From Mobula hypostoma (lineage: Eukaryota), in the NCBI RefSeq assembly GCF_963921235.1, contig NC_086108.1:35590001-35654000 (forward strand): a stretch of 64,000 bases of DNA. The letters run 5' to 3'. Of the stretch, positions 23,878-37,165 are shown one piece after another. Under the pieces are notes generated by a model. The model searched no databases, was not told the origin of the DNA, and was given only the letters and a program-made list of their open reading frames with translations. Made by a program: the position numbers and the translations under genes. Position 1 is the first letter of the stretch; every line of letters starts with the position of its first letter.

Positions 23878-25800
23878 CGGGAAGAGCTAAGAGACTGCAA
23901 GGGTAAAAAGACCCTGATGGGAGTTATATACTGGCCTCTGAACAATAGCAAAGATGTGGGCTACCAATTACAATGAGAGATAGGAAATGCATGTCAAATG
24001 GGCAACGTTGCAATAGTCCTAGGGTATTTCAATATGCAAGTAGATTGGGAAAATCAGGTCAGTGCTGGGTCTCAAGAGGGAGGATTTGCAGAATGCCTAT
24101 GAGATGGCTTTTTAGAGCAGCTTGTGGTTGAGCCCAGAAGGGGCTCAGCAATTCTGAATTGGGTGTTGTGTAATGAACTGGAACTAATAAGAGAGCTTCA
24201 GGTAATGGAGCATTTAGGAGTGAGTGATAATAATAGGATAGAATTCACTCTGCAATCTGAAAGGGAGAAAGCAAAGCCAGGTGAATCAGTATTACAATGG
24301 AATGAAAGGGAATTCTGGCATGGTTCCAGAGGTCTGGAAAATTACAAATGTCATTCCACTCTTCAAGAAGGGAGAGAGGCAGAGGAAAGGAAATTATAGA
24401 CCAAATAATCTTAACCTCAGTCATTGGGAAAGTGTTGTAGTTAATTGTTAAGGATGTGGCTTAGGGGTATCAGAATGCACATGATAAAATAGGCTGAAGT
24501 CAGCATGATTTCCCTACTTGCCATGCCTGATTAATCTGTCGGAATTCTTTGAAGAAATAACAAGCAGGATAGACATAGGAGAGCTGGTGGATGTTGTGTA
24601 CTTGGATTTTCTGAAGGTCTTTGACAAAGTGCCACACGTGAACCTGCTTAACAAGGTTAGAGCCCATGGTATTACAGAAAAGACACTAGCATGGATAGAG
24701 CAGTTTCTGATTGACAGGAGGCAAAGAACAGGAATAAAGGGAGCTTTTTCTGGTTGGTGCCAGTGGCTAGTGTTGGTCCACAGGGGTTTGTGTTGAGACC
24801 ACTTCTTTTTGTGTTATACATCAATGATTTGGATGAATGAATTGATGGCTTTGTGGCCAAGTTTGCGGATAATATAAAAATAAATAGAGGGTCAGGTTGT
24901 GTTGACGAGGCAGAGAGGCTGCATAAGAACTTGGATACTGTAGATTAGGAGGATGGGCAAAGAAGTGGCAGATGGAATATAGTGTTGGGAAATATATGGT
25001 CACGCAATTTGGTGGAAAAAATAAAAGTGTAAACTATTTTCTAAATGGAGAGCAAGTTCTAAAATCAGAGGTGAAAAGGACTTGGGAGTTCTCATGCAGG
25101 ATTCCCTAAAGGTTAATTTGCAGGTTGAGTCTGTGGTGAGGAAGGCAAATGCAAAGTTAACATTCATTTTAAGAGGTTTACAACGTCAAAACAAGGATGT
25201 AATGCTGAGGCTTTATAAGGCACTAATGAAGCCTCACTTGGACTATTGTGACCAGTTTTGGTCCGCTTATCTAAGAAATGATGCACTGACATTCGAAAGG
25301 TTTCAAAGGAGGTTCATGAAAATTATTCCTGAATTGGAGGTTTATTATATGAGGAGTGTTTGATTGCTCCAGGCCTGTACTCACTGGAATTTAGAAGAAT
25401 GAGGTGGGATCTCATTGAAACAAATTGAAAGTTCAAAGGCCCCGATAGATTGGATGTGGAGAGGATGATTACTATGGTGGATGTCTCTAGGACCAGAGGG
25501 CTCAGCCTCAGAATGCAGGAATGTCCATTTAGAATGGAGATGAGAAGTAATTTCTTTATCCAGAGAGTGATGAATCTGTGGAATTTGTTGCCACAGGCAG
25601 CTAAAAAGACCAAGTCATTGAGTATATTTAATGCAGACCTTAACAGATACTTGATGAGTCAGGGCATGAACAGTTACAAGGAGAAGGCAGGATAATGGGG
25701 CTGAGAAGGAGATGGATCAGCCGTGGTAAAATGCTGGAGCAGACTCGATGGGCCAAATGGCCTAATTCTGCTCCTATATTTCATGGTTTTATGATCTTAT
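23878..25800 (+). mobile_element. Decayed CR1 LINE with an internal deletion joining APE to RT
   Basis: VEPRRGSAILNWVLCNE, VYLDFLKVFDKVPH, RVMNLWNLLP; deletion at ~24310; CR1 tail. Confidence 0.92.
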
Positions 25801-26114
25801 AAGCACATCAAGGTGGTGCAATGGAAGAAACAATAACAGAATGTGAACATGGTACTACAGTTTCAGAGAAAGTTCTGTTCACATAGACAACTTCAGTGCA
25901 ATGGCCATGATGAGGTGGATTGAAAGATCAAAAGTTTATCGTTCTGTTCATTCCACATTCCCAAAGCTATATGAATGCCACTGAGGCTTGTTGAACAAAT
26001 AAAAAATTGGTGTGTTGCGAACATGGAAGAACACCCAAAAGTAGGAACAGGAGAAGGATACCCAACTCCTCAATACTGCTCCTCCATTCAATATGCTTTT
26101 TGCTGATCCACCCC

Positions 26115-26375
26115 AGGCCGAAGGTCATCCTCTGGGTTACTGCCAGGCACAGGATCCTGAACACCCAAGCTCAATGTTTTAAGAACAGCTTCTTCCCCTC
26201 CACCATCAGATTTCTGAATAATCTATGAACACATGAACACTACATTGTTATTCATTTTGCATTACTTATTTATTTTGTAACATATAGTGATTTTCATGTC
26301 TTGCACTGCTGGTGCAAAGCAGCAAATTTCATAGCATGTGGCAGTGATAATAAAAATTATTCCCATTCTGATTCC
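26115..26375 (+). mobile_element. Rex1/Babar-like LINE 3' end
   Basis: FKNSFFPSTIRFLN C-terminus, AATAAA and ATTCTG-type tail. Confidence 0.7.
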
Positions 26376-27194
26376 CCATGGCTCTCAATTCCCTTAATAT
26401 CCAAATACTTGCTTAGCTCTATTTAAAAACTTCTAATAATCAAACCTCTGCAACTCTCCAGTGGGACAATAAGGACTGGAAAGCCCCAGCAGTAACTTTA
26501 AGGTGACTATTTATAACCGAAGCATGACAAGCCTCACCCTAATGAATCAACTGATGCAGATATCTGACCACTATCAGTTTATGAGAGCACAAAATGTCAT
26601 GGATGGAAACAAGTGATGAATTTCTTTCCTGTGTGTTGGCTGCTCATGGCTGGCCAGTGAGGATGTTCTAAGCTAGCGATGAAAAAAAAACCACTGAAGC
26701 CAAGTGACTTTTGTAGAGGAGACACGTGCTATTTAGAGCCTCCTGGGACTGAGATAACATTTTCATGCTTGGTAAAATCAACCTCATCCTGTTCCACTCA
26801 GACATTTGATGAATGAGGACCAAAAGAGGTGGCTTACTCAGCTGAATATTTCTGTGACTTATATATTGATAAATTGCCTTGATATATTGATAAAGTGAAT
26901 GATAATGGTAATGCTAATCACGAAATGTATTTCCACTTTCTTTCTGGTGACAGCCTCAACTTCTCTTCTGCAACGTAGATTCAGAGTATTACAGCACAGA
27001 AGCAGGCTGTTTAATGCCAACCTTCCTATCCATCTACACTCATCCCATTTTCTCACATTAGGACTGCATCCTTCAATGCCCGGCCTATTTATTGTGAGAG
27101 CCAATCTAAACACCTCGTAAATGTGATTATTGTATCTGATTCTCTCACTCTGCTGGCAGCAGTTAAGCACAGTTCCACCGACATAATTATATCA

Positions 27195-30100
27195 TTTTGG
27201 ATACTGTTGATGGGGACGACCTACCAGGGACAAGTTGCAGTGGTTGCGTCTCTGGCACTGAGACTGGACCCTCAGCTCAGAAGGGAAGGAGGGAAAAGAG
27301 GAGAGCAGTAGTGATAGGGGATTCGATAGTTAAGGGGACAAATAAGAGGTTCTGTGGAAGAGATTGAGAATCCCGGATGGTCTGTTGCCTCCCTGGTGCC
27401 AAGGTCCGCGATATCTCGGATCGAGTTCTCAGTATTCACAAGAGGGAGGGTGAGCAGCCAGATGTCATGGTCCATGTAGGGACCAATGACGTGGGTAGGA
27501 AGAGTGAGGAGGTCCTGAAAAGTGAGTTTAGGGAGTTAGGCACCAAGTTAAAGGACAGGACCTCCAGGATAGCAATCTCAGGATTGCTACCAGTACCACA
27601 TGCAGGCGGGTTTAGAAATAGTAAGATAGCGTAGATCAACACGTGGCTGAAAACATGGTGCAGGAGGGAGGGCTCCAGATTTATAGATAATTGGGCAGTT
27701 TTCCAGGGAAGGTGGGACCTGTTCCAGAGGAACGGTTTACATCTGAACTGCAGGGGGACAAACATCCTTGCAGGTAGGTTTGCTAGAGAGGCTCCGGTGG
27801 ATTTAAACTAGATACAAGGGGGGAGGGGAACCAGAGTGTAGAAACAGATGTAGAGGAGAAGGAAGAAAAAGAAGATAGTAAAGTTGTTTGCACCGTTCGT
27901 GATAAACAGAGAGTAAGAGGTAGAAAATTTATTAAATGCATTTATTTTAATGCTAGGAGCATTGTAAGAAAGGTGGATGAGCTCAGAGCATGGTCTAACA
28001 CCTGGAAGTATGATGTTGTAGCTATTAGGTCAAACATGGTTGCAGGAGGGGTGTGATTGGCAACTAAATATTCCTGGATTTGGGTGTGATAGAATCGGAG
28101 GGACAAGAGGGGGAAGTGTTGCCAGAGAAAATATTACATCGGTGCTCTGGCAGGATAGATTAGAGGGCTCGTCTAGGGAGACTATTTGGGTGGAATTGTG
28201 GAATGGGAAAGGTGTAGTAACACTTATAGGGGTGTATTATAGACCACCTAATGGGGAACAGGAATTGGAGGAGCAAATTTGTAAGGACATAGCAGATATT
28301 TGTAGTAAGCACAAGGTTGTGATTGTGGGAGATTTTAATTTTCCACACATAGACAGGAAGCCCATACCATAAAAGGGCTGGATGGTTTGGAGTTTGTAAA
28401 ATGTGTGCAGGATAGTTATTGGCAGAAATACATAGAGGTACCAACTAGAGAAGGAGCAGTGTTGGATCTCCTGTTAGGGAATGAGATAGGTCAGGTGACG
28501 GAGGTATGTGTTGGGGAGCACTTCAGGTCCAGTGATCACAACGCCATTAGTTTCAATGTAATTATGGAGAAAGATAGGTCTGGACCCAGGGTTGAGATTT
28601 TTGATTAGAGAAAGGCTAAGTTTAAGGAGATGCGAAAGGATTTAGAAGGAGTGGATTGGGACAATTTGTTTTATGGGAAGGATGTAATAGAGAAATGGAG
28701 GTCATTTAAAGGTGAAATTTTGAGGGTACAGAATCTTTATGTTCCTGTTAGGTTGAAAGGAAAGGTTAAGAGTTTCAGAGAGCCATGGTTTTCAAGGGAT
28801 ATTGGAAACTTGGTTCAGAAAAAGAGAGATACCTACAATAAATATAGGTAGCATGGAGTAAATGAGGTGCTCGAGGAATATAAAGAATGTAAAAAGAATC
28901 TCAAGAAAGAAATTAGAAAAGCTAAAAGAAGATACGAGGTTGCTTTGGCAAGTAAGGTGAAAATAAATCCAAAGGGTTTCTACAGTTATATTAATAGCAA
29001 AAGGATAGTGAGGGATAAAACTGATCCCTTAGAGAATCAGAGTGGACAGCTATGTGTGGAGTCAAAAGAGATGGGGAAGATTTTGAACAATTTCTTTTCT
29101 TCGGTGTTCACTAAGGAGAAGGATATTGAATTGTGTAAGGTAAGGGAAACAGGTAGGGAAGTTATGTAAACTATGATGATTAAAGAAGAGACAGAAATAT
29201 TTCAAATGTCATTAGAAACCGGGATGGTACCGGAGGATTGGCGTATTGCTCATGTTGTTCCATTGTTTAAAAAGGGTTCTAAGAGTAAACCTAGCAATTA
29301 TTGGCCTGTAAGTTTGACGTCAGTGGTGGGTAAATTAATGGAATGTATCCTTAGAGATGGTATATATAATTATCTGGATAGACAGGGTCTGATTAGGAAC
29401 AGTCAATATGGATTTGTGTGTGGAAGGTCATGTTTGACAAATCTTATTGAATTTTTTGAAGAGGTTACTCAGAAAGTTGACGAGGGTAAAGCGGTGGATG
29501 TTGTCTATATGTCTATAAGGCCTTTGACAAGGTTCCACACTGAAGGTTAGTTAGGAAGGTTCAATCATTAGGTATTAATATTGAAGTCATAAAATGGTTT
29601 CAACAGTGCCTGGATGGGAGACACCAGAGAGCAGTGGTGGATAACTGTTTGTCAGGTTGGATGCCGGTAACTAGTGGTGTGCCTCAGGGATCTGTACTGG
29701 GTCCAATGTTGTCTTTCATATACATTAATGATCTGGATGATGGGGTGGTAAATTGGATGAGTAAGTATGTAGATGATACGAAGATAGGTGGAGTTGTGGA
29801 TAATGAAGTACTTTATACTTTATTGTTGCCAAACAAGTGATACCAAAACATACGATCATCACAGTGATATTTGATTCTGTGCTTCCCACTCCCTAGATTA
29901 CAAGTAGGTTTTCAAAGCTTGCAGAGAGATTTAGGCCAGTTAAAAGAGTGGGCTGAAAGATGGTAGATGGAGTTTAATGCTGATAAGTGTGAGGTGCTAC
30001 ATTTTGGTAGGACTAAACGAAATAAGACATACGTGGTAAATGGTAGGGCATTGAAGAATGCAGTAGAACAGAGTGATCTAGGAATAATGGTGCATAGTTC

Positions 30101-30780
30101 CCTGAAGGTGGAATCTCATGTGGACAGGGTGGTGAAGAAAGCTTTTGGTATGCTGGCCTTTATAAATCAGAGCCTTGGGTATAGGAGTTGGGATGTAATG
30201 TTAAAATTGTACAAGGCATTGGTAAGGCCAAATTTGGAGTATTGTTTACAGTTCTGGTCACCGAATAATAGGAAGGATGTCAACAAAATAGAGAGAGTAC
30301 AGAGAAGATTTACTAGAATGTTACTGGGGTTTCAGCAGCTAAGTTACAGAGAAAGGTTGAACAAGTTGGGTCTTTATTCTTTGGAGCGTAGAAGGTTGAC
30401 GGGGGACTTGATAGAGGTATTTAAAGTTATGAGGGGGCGAGATAGAGTTGATGTGGATAGGTTTTCTCCCTTGAGAGTGGGGGAGATTCAAACAAGAGGA
30501 CATGAGTTGTGAGTTTCCGGGCAAAAATTTAGGGGTAACACGAGGGGGAAGTTCTTTACTCAGAGAGTGGTAGCTGTGTGGAACCAGCTTCCAGCAGAAG
30601 TGGTTGAGGCAGGTTCGATATTGTCATTTAAAGTAAAATTGGATAGCTATATGGACAGGAAAGGAATGGAGGGTTATGGGCTGAGTGCAGGTCAGTGGGA
30701 CTAGGAGAGAGTAAGCGTTCAGCACGGACTAGAAGGGTCGAGATGTTTCCGTATTGTAATTGCTATATCGTTATATGGAT
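27195..30780 (+). mobile_element. Near full-length CR1 LINE pseudogene (ORF1 esterase, APE, RT)
   Basis: [61 protein letters not shown]; many stops; internal deletion at ~29190; TTATATGG-type tail. Confidence 0.96.
29811..29901 (-). mobile_element. 91-bp retroposed 3' end inserted in CR1 RT
   Basis: TSD AAGTA at 29806-29810 and 29902-29906; minus strand ends AATAAAGTATAAAG. Confidence 0.75.
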
Positions 30781-30838
30781 ATGAGACTTAACTAATCAGA
30801 TAGCTATGTTCTTCCTGGCCAGCTGATTCATTATACCT

Positions 30839-31642
30839 AGAATCAGAATCAGGTTAATTATCATCGGCATGTGCTGTGAAATTTGTTGATTTAGCAGCAA
30901 CAGTTCAATGAAATACATGATAATATAGCAAAGAAATAAATAGAGTAAGCATATATATACATATATATGTATATGTCTATTGAATAGATTTAAAATACTG
31001 CAAAAATCAGAAATAATATATATATTTTTAAAGTGAGGTAGCGTCCATGGGTTCAATGTCCAGTTGGGAATTGTATGGTAGAGGGGAAGAAGCTGTTTCT
31101 GAATCACTGAGTGTGTGCCTTCTGGATCCTGTACCTCCTCCTGATGGTAGTAATGAGAAGAGGCCATGTCCTGGGTGATGGGGGTCCTTAATAATAGACG
31201 TCACCTTTCAGAGGCACCGCTCCTTGAAGATGTCTTGGATACTACGGAGGCTAGTACCCAAGATGAAGCTGACTAATTTTATGACTTTCTGTAGCTTCTT
31301 TTGGTCCTGTGCAGTAGCCGCACCCCTCCGCCCCCCCTATCAGACAATGATGCAGTCTGTCAGCATGCTCTCCATGGTACACCTACAGAAGTTTTCAAGT
31401 GTTTGACTTGACAAACCAAATCTTTTGAAACTCTTAATAAAATATAGCTGCTGTCTTGCCTTCTTTATAGCTGCATTGATATATTGGGACCAGGTTAGAT
31501 CCTCAGAAATCTTGACATCCAGGTACTTGAAACTGCTCACTCTCTCCACTTCTGATCCCTCTATGAGGATCGGTTTGTGTTCCCTCATCTTACCCTTCCT
31601 GAAGTCCACAATCAGCTCTTTAGCCTTACAGATGTTGAGTGG
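30839..31642 (-). mobile_element. Rex1/Babar-like LINE, 5'-truncated
   Basis: DFRKGK..VERVSSFKYLDVKISEDLTW..QLYF; (TGATTC)n tail. Confidence 0.85.
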
Positions 31643-32057
31643 ATACCTATCGCCCCATATCTAAACAAAAATGGTTTGAGACATTGTCAGTTCAATGTAT
31701 TGCCAAAGCTCAGTTCCCCAGTAAGCAATATATTTACCACAGAGTGACTGGGGAGAGCAATATTTGAGAAAGTTTTAGTACTTATCAACTTGATACAAAG
31801 TCATTGAAGCCTATCGAACATTTAGTGTGGGTAAAAATGGTTTTCCCCTGAAAACGGGCAGTGGGACTTATCCAATCAAACAGCACCATTGATTGTGCTG
31901 CCTGCTCCTTGAATGCATTGCTGTCCAAGGTCAATGTTAACCCTTTGCTCAGACCGGCAGGTGTCTCAACAACTGAATGGTGCATGCTGCTGAAGGCCTA
32001 AGAGGAAAATTATTTGAGGAAAGTAAGAACTTGTAGGAGTTTTGAGAAAGTGAATTG

Positions 32058-32137
32058 CAAGGCTTCCCAACCTGGGCTCCGCAGACCACTCCATTAACGG
32101 TAGGGGTCAATGGCATAAAAAAGGTTGGGAACTCCTG
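32058..32137. mobile_element. Tiny hAT/Charlie-like MITE
   Basis: Imperfect TIRs CAAGGCTTCCCAACC / GGTTGGGAACTCCTG; right flank ATCTAGAG; left TSD not matching. Confidence 0.55.
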
Positions 32138-32214
32138 ATCTAGAGTGAGAGGGAAGCCGGAGACTCAGAGAAAGTGGGAACCTGATGGCATAGTGTAAAC
32201 AATCACAGGTTTAT

Positions 32215-32400
32215 ATTAGCGTAGTGTTGCACAGTTGTTCAGCAGGCAGAGCTGCTGCTACGCAGATCCAGTCATCCAGCTTCAATCCTCACCTCTTGCA
32301 TTGTCTCTCCTTATGACTGTAAGTGTTTTCTAGAAATGATCCAGTTTCCTCCCACAATCACAAACTTAATTGGCTACTGTGGATGAACATCTCATAAGCT
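32215..32400 (+). mobile_element. Decayed tRNA-derived V-SINE (HE1-like)
   Basis: B-box-like CTTCAATCC and V-domain CCAGTTTCCTCCCACA. Confidence 0.55.
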
Positions 32401-32504
32401 TGTAACAAGAGAACCAGCGAGAGAAGAAGAAGTGACAAAGGAAATGGGACAGTTTTCAGAGCAAATACAGACTCAATAGACTGAATGACCTCCTTGTATC
32501 TCTG

Positions 32505-32855
32505 AGGAAGCCCTTCGCTGGTTGGGGTCGACCATGGATTCTGTGTCCTAGCTGTCATACGCAAGCCAGGGCAGTATGATATGGAGCTCAATCTGTTGCC
32601 CATGCAGCTGATGGATCAAAAGGAACGGCAGAGATCGACACAGTTTTGCACCTTTGGCATCGCATGAGTTTCTAGCCAAGGTTGAACTCAATGTACGACT
32701 GCCTTAAGGGCTCCAGCTCTGGATTTTTCCTTGGGCTTTAGTCCCGAGGTCTTCCCCATGAGTAGGTATAGCCGCAAGGTGGCAGAAGATTGAGAATCAG
32801 AGTTTTCTTTCTCCTAGGTGAGCTGCCACCCATGGCTGACGAGCCCATCTAACTG
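32505..32855 (-). mobile_element. RTE-derived bipartite non-autonomous element
   Basis: GGCAGCTCACCTAGGAGAAAGAAAACTCTGA (RTE 5'-UTR-like) on the minus strand; homologous to 57335-57890. Confidence 0.65.
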
Positions 32856-33329
32856 AAAGAATATGGACTATGCCATAATGAAATACAAAAGGTGCGATAT
32901 GAGTATCCAAGTCATGGATGAGGATATACCAACTTCAGTAAATAATATGACAAGCAAACTTGGTAAACAGATGAAGGAAATAAAATTGTCTGGGATCTAT
33001 TCACCATTTGGCTGGAATCATATCTAGTGCAAAGGAAAGTAATTGTGGTTGCTAGAGAGAAATTACATCAGCACCAGGGGGTCTTCAGTGTCCTCAGTAC
33101 TCCTAATCTGCTGGGTCAGTGCCACTCCTTCCTTGGATTTGCACAAGCACCAGTTTTCCCTGTACCTGCTGGACTGTTGACTGTTGGGAACTTTGGCACA
33201 AATGCTTTGTAAGTTTGCGCAGATGGTTCTTGACCCATTGAGTTCTTCCAGCATTCTGCTCATGTTCTGCACAGGTTTATGTTCCGATTTCACTTTAAAA
33301 AATAATAGAGCCATTTCAACAGTTTATAT

Positions 33330-34012
33330 AGATTTAGATTATGAGAACACTCAGTCCTCTCTTATTGTCATTTAGAAATACATACCTGCATTAAGAAATG
33401 ATACAATGTTCCTCCAGAGTGATATCATAGAAAACAGGACAAACCAAAGACTAACACTGACAAAACCACATAATTATAACATATAGTTACAGTAGTGCAA
33501 AGCAATACCATAATTTGATAAAGAACAGACCATGGGCACAGTAAAAAAAAAGTCTCAAGTCACGATCGACTCCCAAGTCCCCAATAGCAGGCGGCAAAAG
33601 GGAGAAACTCCCTGCCATAAACCTCCAAGGTACCAACAACTGCCGACGCATTGGAAGCAGCCGACACTGAGTCCGTCCATCCGAAAACTTCAAGCCTCCA
33701 ACCAGCCCCTCCGATACAGCCTCCCGAGTGCCATCCTCTTCTGGGTGCCTTTGACCTATCCCCGGCCGCCGAACCAAGCAAAGCTGAGGATTCAGGGCCT
33801 TCTGCTCCGGATATTCCGGTTACCACACAGTAGCAGCGGCAGCGAAGCGGGTATTTCAGAAGTTTCTTCAGATGTTCCTCCGTACTCTCACGTCTGTCTC
33901 CATCAAATCAGAACTGTGCACGGTACCCTACTTGACAGATTACAGATATCATTCACTGGAGAGGCCGCGCGCGCTGTATCGTGCCGCCATCTTCTCCTCC
34001 TCCTCCTCCTCC
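33330..34012 (-). mobile_element. Non-coding retroposon with GAGGAGAAGATGGCGG head and (AATCT)n tail
   Basis: Homologous along its length to 48781-49459 on the opposite strand; CpG-rich 5' half. Confidence 0.8.
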
Positions 34013-35524
34013 TATACATGAACTACTATTATAAACTCACTACTTACATAAACAGGTATGCAAATAAATTTAACCTATCAGAAATTTACTCATTATTTAT
34101 CATTTATCATTATCAAATTTACTCATTATCACATCAAAAACATTCTTCACTATACTTGAAATCAATATTTCTAAACTGTCTAATTCAAGCACAAACAATT
34201 TCCATAAATCACAGAAGATGTATGAAAAGAAAATTTCAAGGCTCATCTGTAAGTTCTTAATCATTTCATCTTTTATTGCAAATATTTATGTATTTTTTTA
34301 CTTCCACCTTTGAATCCTAACTCTAGTTCACTGAAGTACCCAGTATGCCTGCTGAAGAAACGGCTCTCAGACCCTACAACAAGCTAAATTCAATGCATGA
34401 TTCATGCCCTGTTCAGTTTCAAAGGGAGGTGGTGGAACTTTGAGGAATTCAAATGCGAAAATAATATTCTTTCTTTTGAATTATTCATGGTTCATGCCTT
34501 TTTAAAGGTTCTAAAGGTCTTTTAAGTTGTTTTGGATGATTTAAAAATGATTTTTAGATTATTTTATATTCTTAAGTGGCACGGCATCTGGAGACTTTCA
34601 GAAATATGTAAAATCTCTTAAGTCTTGACAGCTGGCAAAATGGGAAGCAGGACTTTTGACAACTAGACAATCTGCTAATTCCATATCTGTGTTCACCTGG
34701 GATTGCATTTGTTTACCATTTGGAGAATGACACGACTGGTAATTCAGATCAGCAGAAACATCCCCATCGATGGCTGAGTATAAGTGACCAAACCACTGCA
34801 GGTGCAAAATTTGTGAGAAAAATAATGCAGAAACATGTTTGTGGAAGTCAGTCTGAGTAGCTTACTAATAACTCTTAGGTTGAGGAGTTTGTTCTTAAAG
34901 GATGAATGTCAGATTGAAAATCAGAAAAGTGTGAACAGTGAATGACTGGCCAAGATCAGGCATCTCTAACTTTGGGTAAGGATAGAACATGAGCTGTTCA
35001 TATTCAAGGGGTGATGCCATAAGATTATATCAAGTCTGCAGACTGACACATTAGATTAATATCAAAATATCAAAAATCAGAGGAAGATTGCAATTATCAT
35101 TGGATTATCATCAATTATCATCTTGTATTCCTGATTCTATTTTGATATTTAACACAAAGGTGTATCTGAAGTCCTGCTTTTGCTTGCTTTTTTCCATACT
35201 AGCATCCTTGTCTTCCCACACATCCAATTTGCACCAAGAAAGGGTAATTAACTAAACATATGCCCTAATTAAATATGCCTGATTCCCTGATATTGTTCTC
35301 AATTGACTCATTCTATGCAAGTGTCTAGTGAGGTCAATGTTACTCTTCCAATAGTTTGTAACTGCTCAATTTGGCAAAGTATTTATTTGAAAATATTTCC
35401 ATGAAATCAGAAACTTTAAAGTTTATGCTAGAAGTTATGAATGTACGTGTGTATTCAATTTACTTCATTTCTGTTGTCCTGGGGCAGCAAAGGTTCTTTG
35501 AAGTGTGCAGCAATGTCACACAGT

Positions 35525-37165
35525 GTCTGCAATGGGACATTGAGTGATTGGGCAAAAGCTTGGCAAATGAAGTTTAATGTGAGGTGTTACGTACCCCGTA
35601 ACTGGGTTGCCAAACCAGCAGAAATGGATCACTCAGTTGGCGTCTGGAGTACTAGAACTAAGAAAGTTTTATTAAAGAAACAAGCAACACAGTAATTGAA
35701 AGGATAATAAATGCAACAGTTCTACAATGATAACCACACATGTGCACAGAATTAAGATAACAGCATCAATCAAGCTCTATCGTTGTCTAGGGGTAAATGA
35801 CCAAATTTAAAAGTGACTCAAAGTTCAGTCCAGTTTAGTAGTTCAGTTCGCAGTAATCATTGCCCTGGCGATGGACAACGTGGGGGGAAGAGAGAGATAG
35901 AACAGGAACAACTGATCATTCAGAACACTACTTCACTCACAGACTGGCGAGATGGCTCACAAGCAGCTTTTGGGCGGGTCCTTGGTGATGTCACCTGAGG
36001 TCACTAACTGTGACCCCTCCTCCAGACGCGGTCGATCCTTTGCAGTGAACCCGGCACCCAGGCAAGGGCGGACACACACCGGGTTCCCGCTGATCGTACC
36101 TTTCCACCCTGGTCGTTGTCTGGTACTTCTCACCCACTCGTGAGAGGCGCACCACTTCCAGGGTCTCGTTACCTCGGGTGGCGTGTGTGTCCTGCCTTAG
36201 CGAACCTGTCCCTTTTTATCCCCCTGCTGGGGTATCGCCTGTCCATACTTCAAACAGTTCAAGGTTCAAAGGGGGGAGCCGCTCCAGACAGCTCTCTCTC
36301 TCCCACGTCCCTTCATTACACATCTCCAGACGCTGCTCCATTGTTCCCTATCTCTCCTTCCCCTGAGGGCAGGTGGCAGACCACTTGCTGATGTCACTGA
36401 TGCTAACCCAGGCCAGCAAACATCTTAATTTTATGTGTATTCTCGTCACAGAGGAAATGTGATGTAAGGTGAATTTAAAAAGCAGATTTTGCCTAAATGA
36501 AGGGAATAAGTGAATCTCAGAGAGTTTTGCTACTCTGGTGCATGAATCACTAAATGCTACCAGACTAGTCCAACAAGTAGTTAAGAAGGCAAATGGCATG
36601 TTGGCCTTTATTGTAAAGGGATTGGAATTTAGCAACAGGAGGTTTAGTTCTAGTTGTACTGCGTGTAGGTGAGGCCACACCCGGATTACTGCACCCAGTT
36701 TAATCTTTTTACCTACAAAAATGGGTATAGAAGCATTAGAGGCTAATTTCTTGGACAAAAGTATTGCCCCATCAAGACAGGCTAAGCGGTTTGGGTTTGT
36801 ATTCACTGGAGGTCAGGAGAATGAGAGTTGGCCTTGTTTTAACATAAACAGTAAGGTCCTAAGGGAGCTTAATAGTCTAGATATTGAAACGATTTCACTA
36901 GTCGGATAGTCACGAACAAGGGGACCAGCTGGTTACAAAATAAGGGGCTTGTAATTTAAACTGATGTGTGTGGTAATTCATCTCACAGAGAGTGTTGTGA
37001 ATCTCTAGAATTCTCTACCCAAAGCTGGTGGAGTTCATATTATTAAATTTATTTAAGGAGAGATAGATAAGTATTTGTAAGAGTGAGGAATTAATGGCTA
37101 TGAGGAACTGGTGCAGGAATTGAGGGCATCATAGATCAGCCATGTTGAATGTCAGGGCAGGCTTG
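35525..37165 (+). mobile_element. Old CR1 3' part, split by a solo LTR
   Basis: LSDWAKAWQMKFNV before the LTR; KKANGMLAFI after it. Confidence 0.8.
35585..36450 (-). mobile_element. Solo LTR (Gypsy-like), 866 bp
   Basis: TGTTACG...CGTCACA termini; 4-bp TSD GAGG; minus-strand TATA-like GATAAAAAGGG (~36215) and AATAAA (~35670). Confidence 0.92.

Noticed and set aside
33532..34260. 242-aa ORF
   Set aside because: It is antisense to a non-coding retroposon, runs through (CTC)n into AT-rich flank, and has no recognisable domain.
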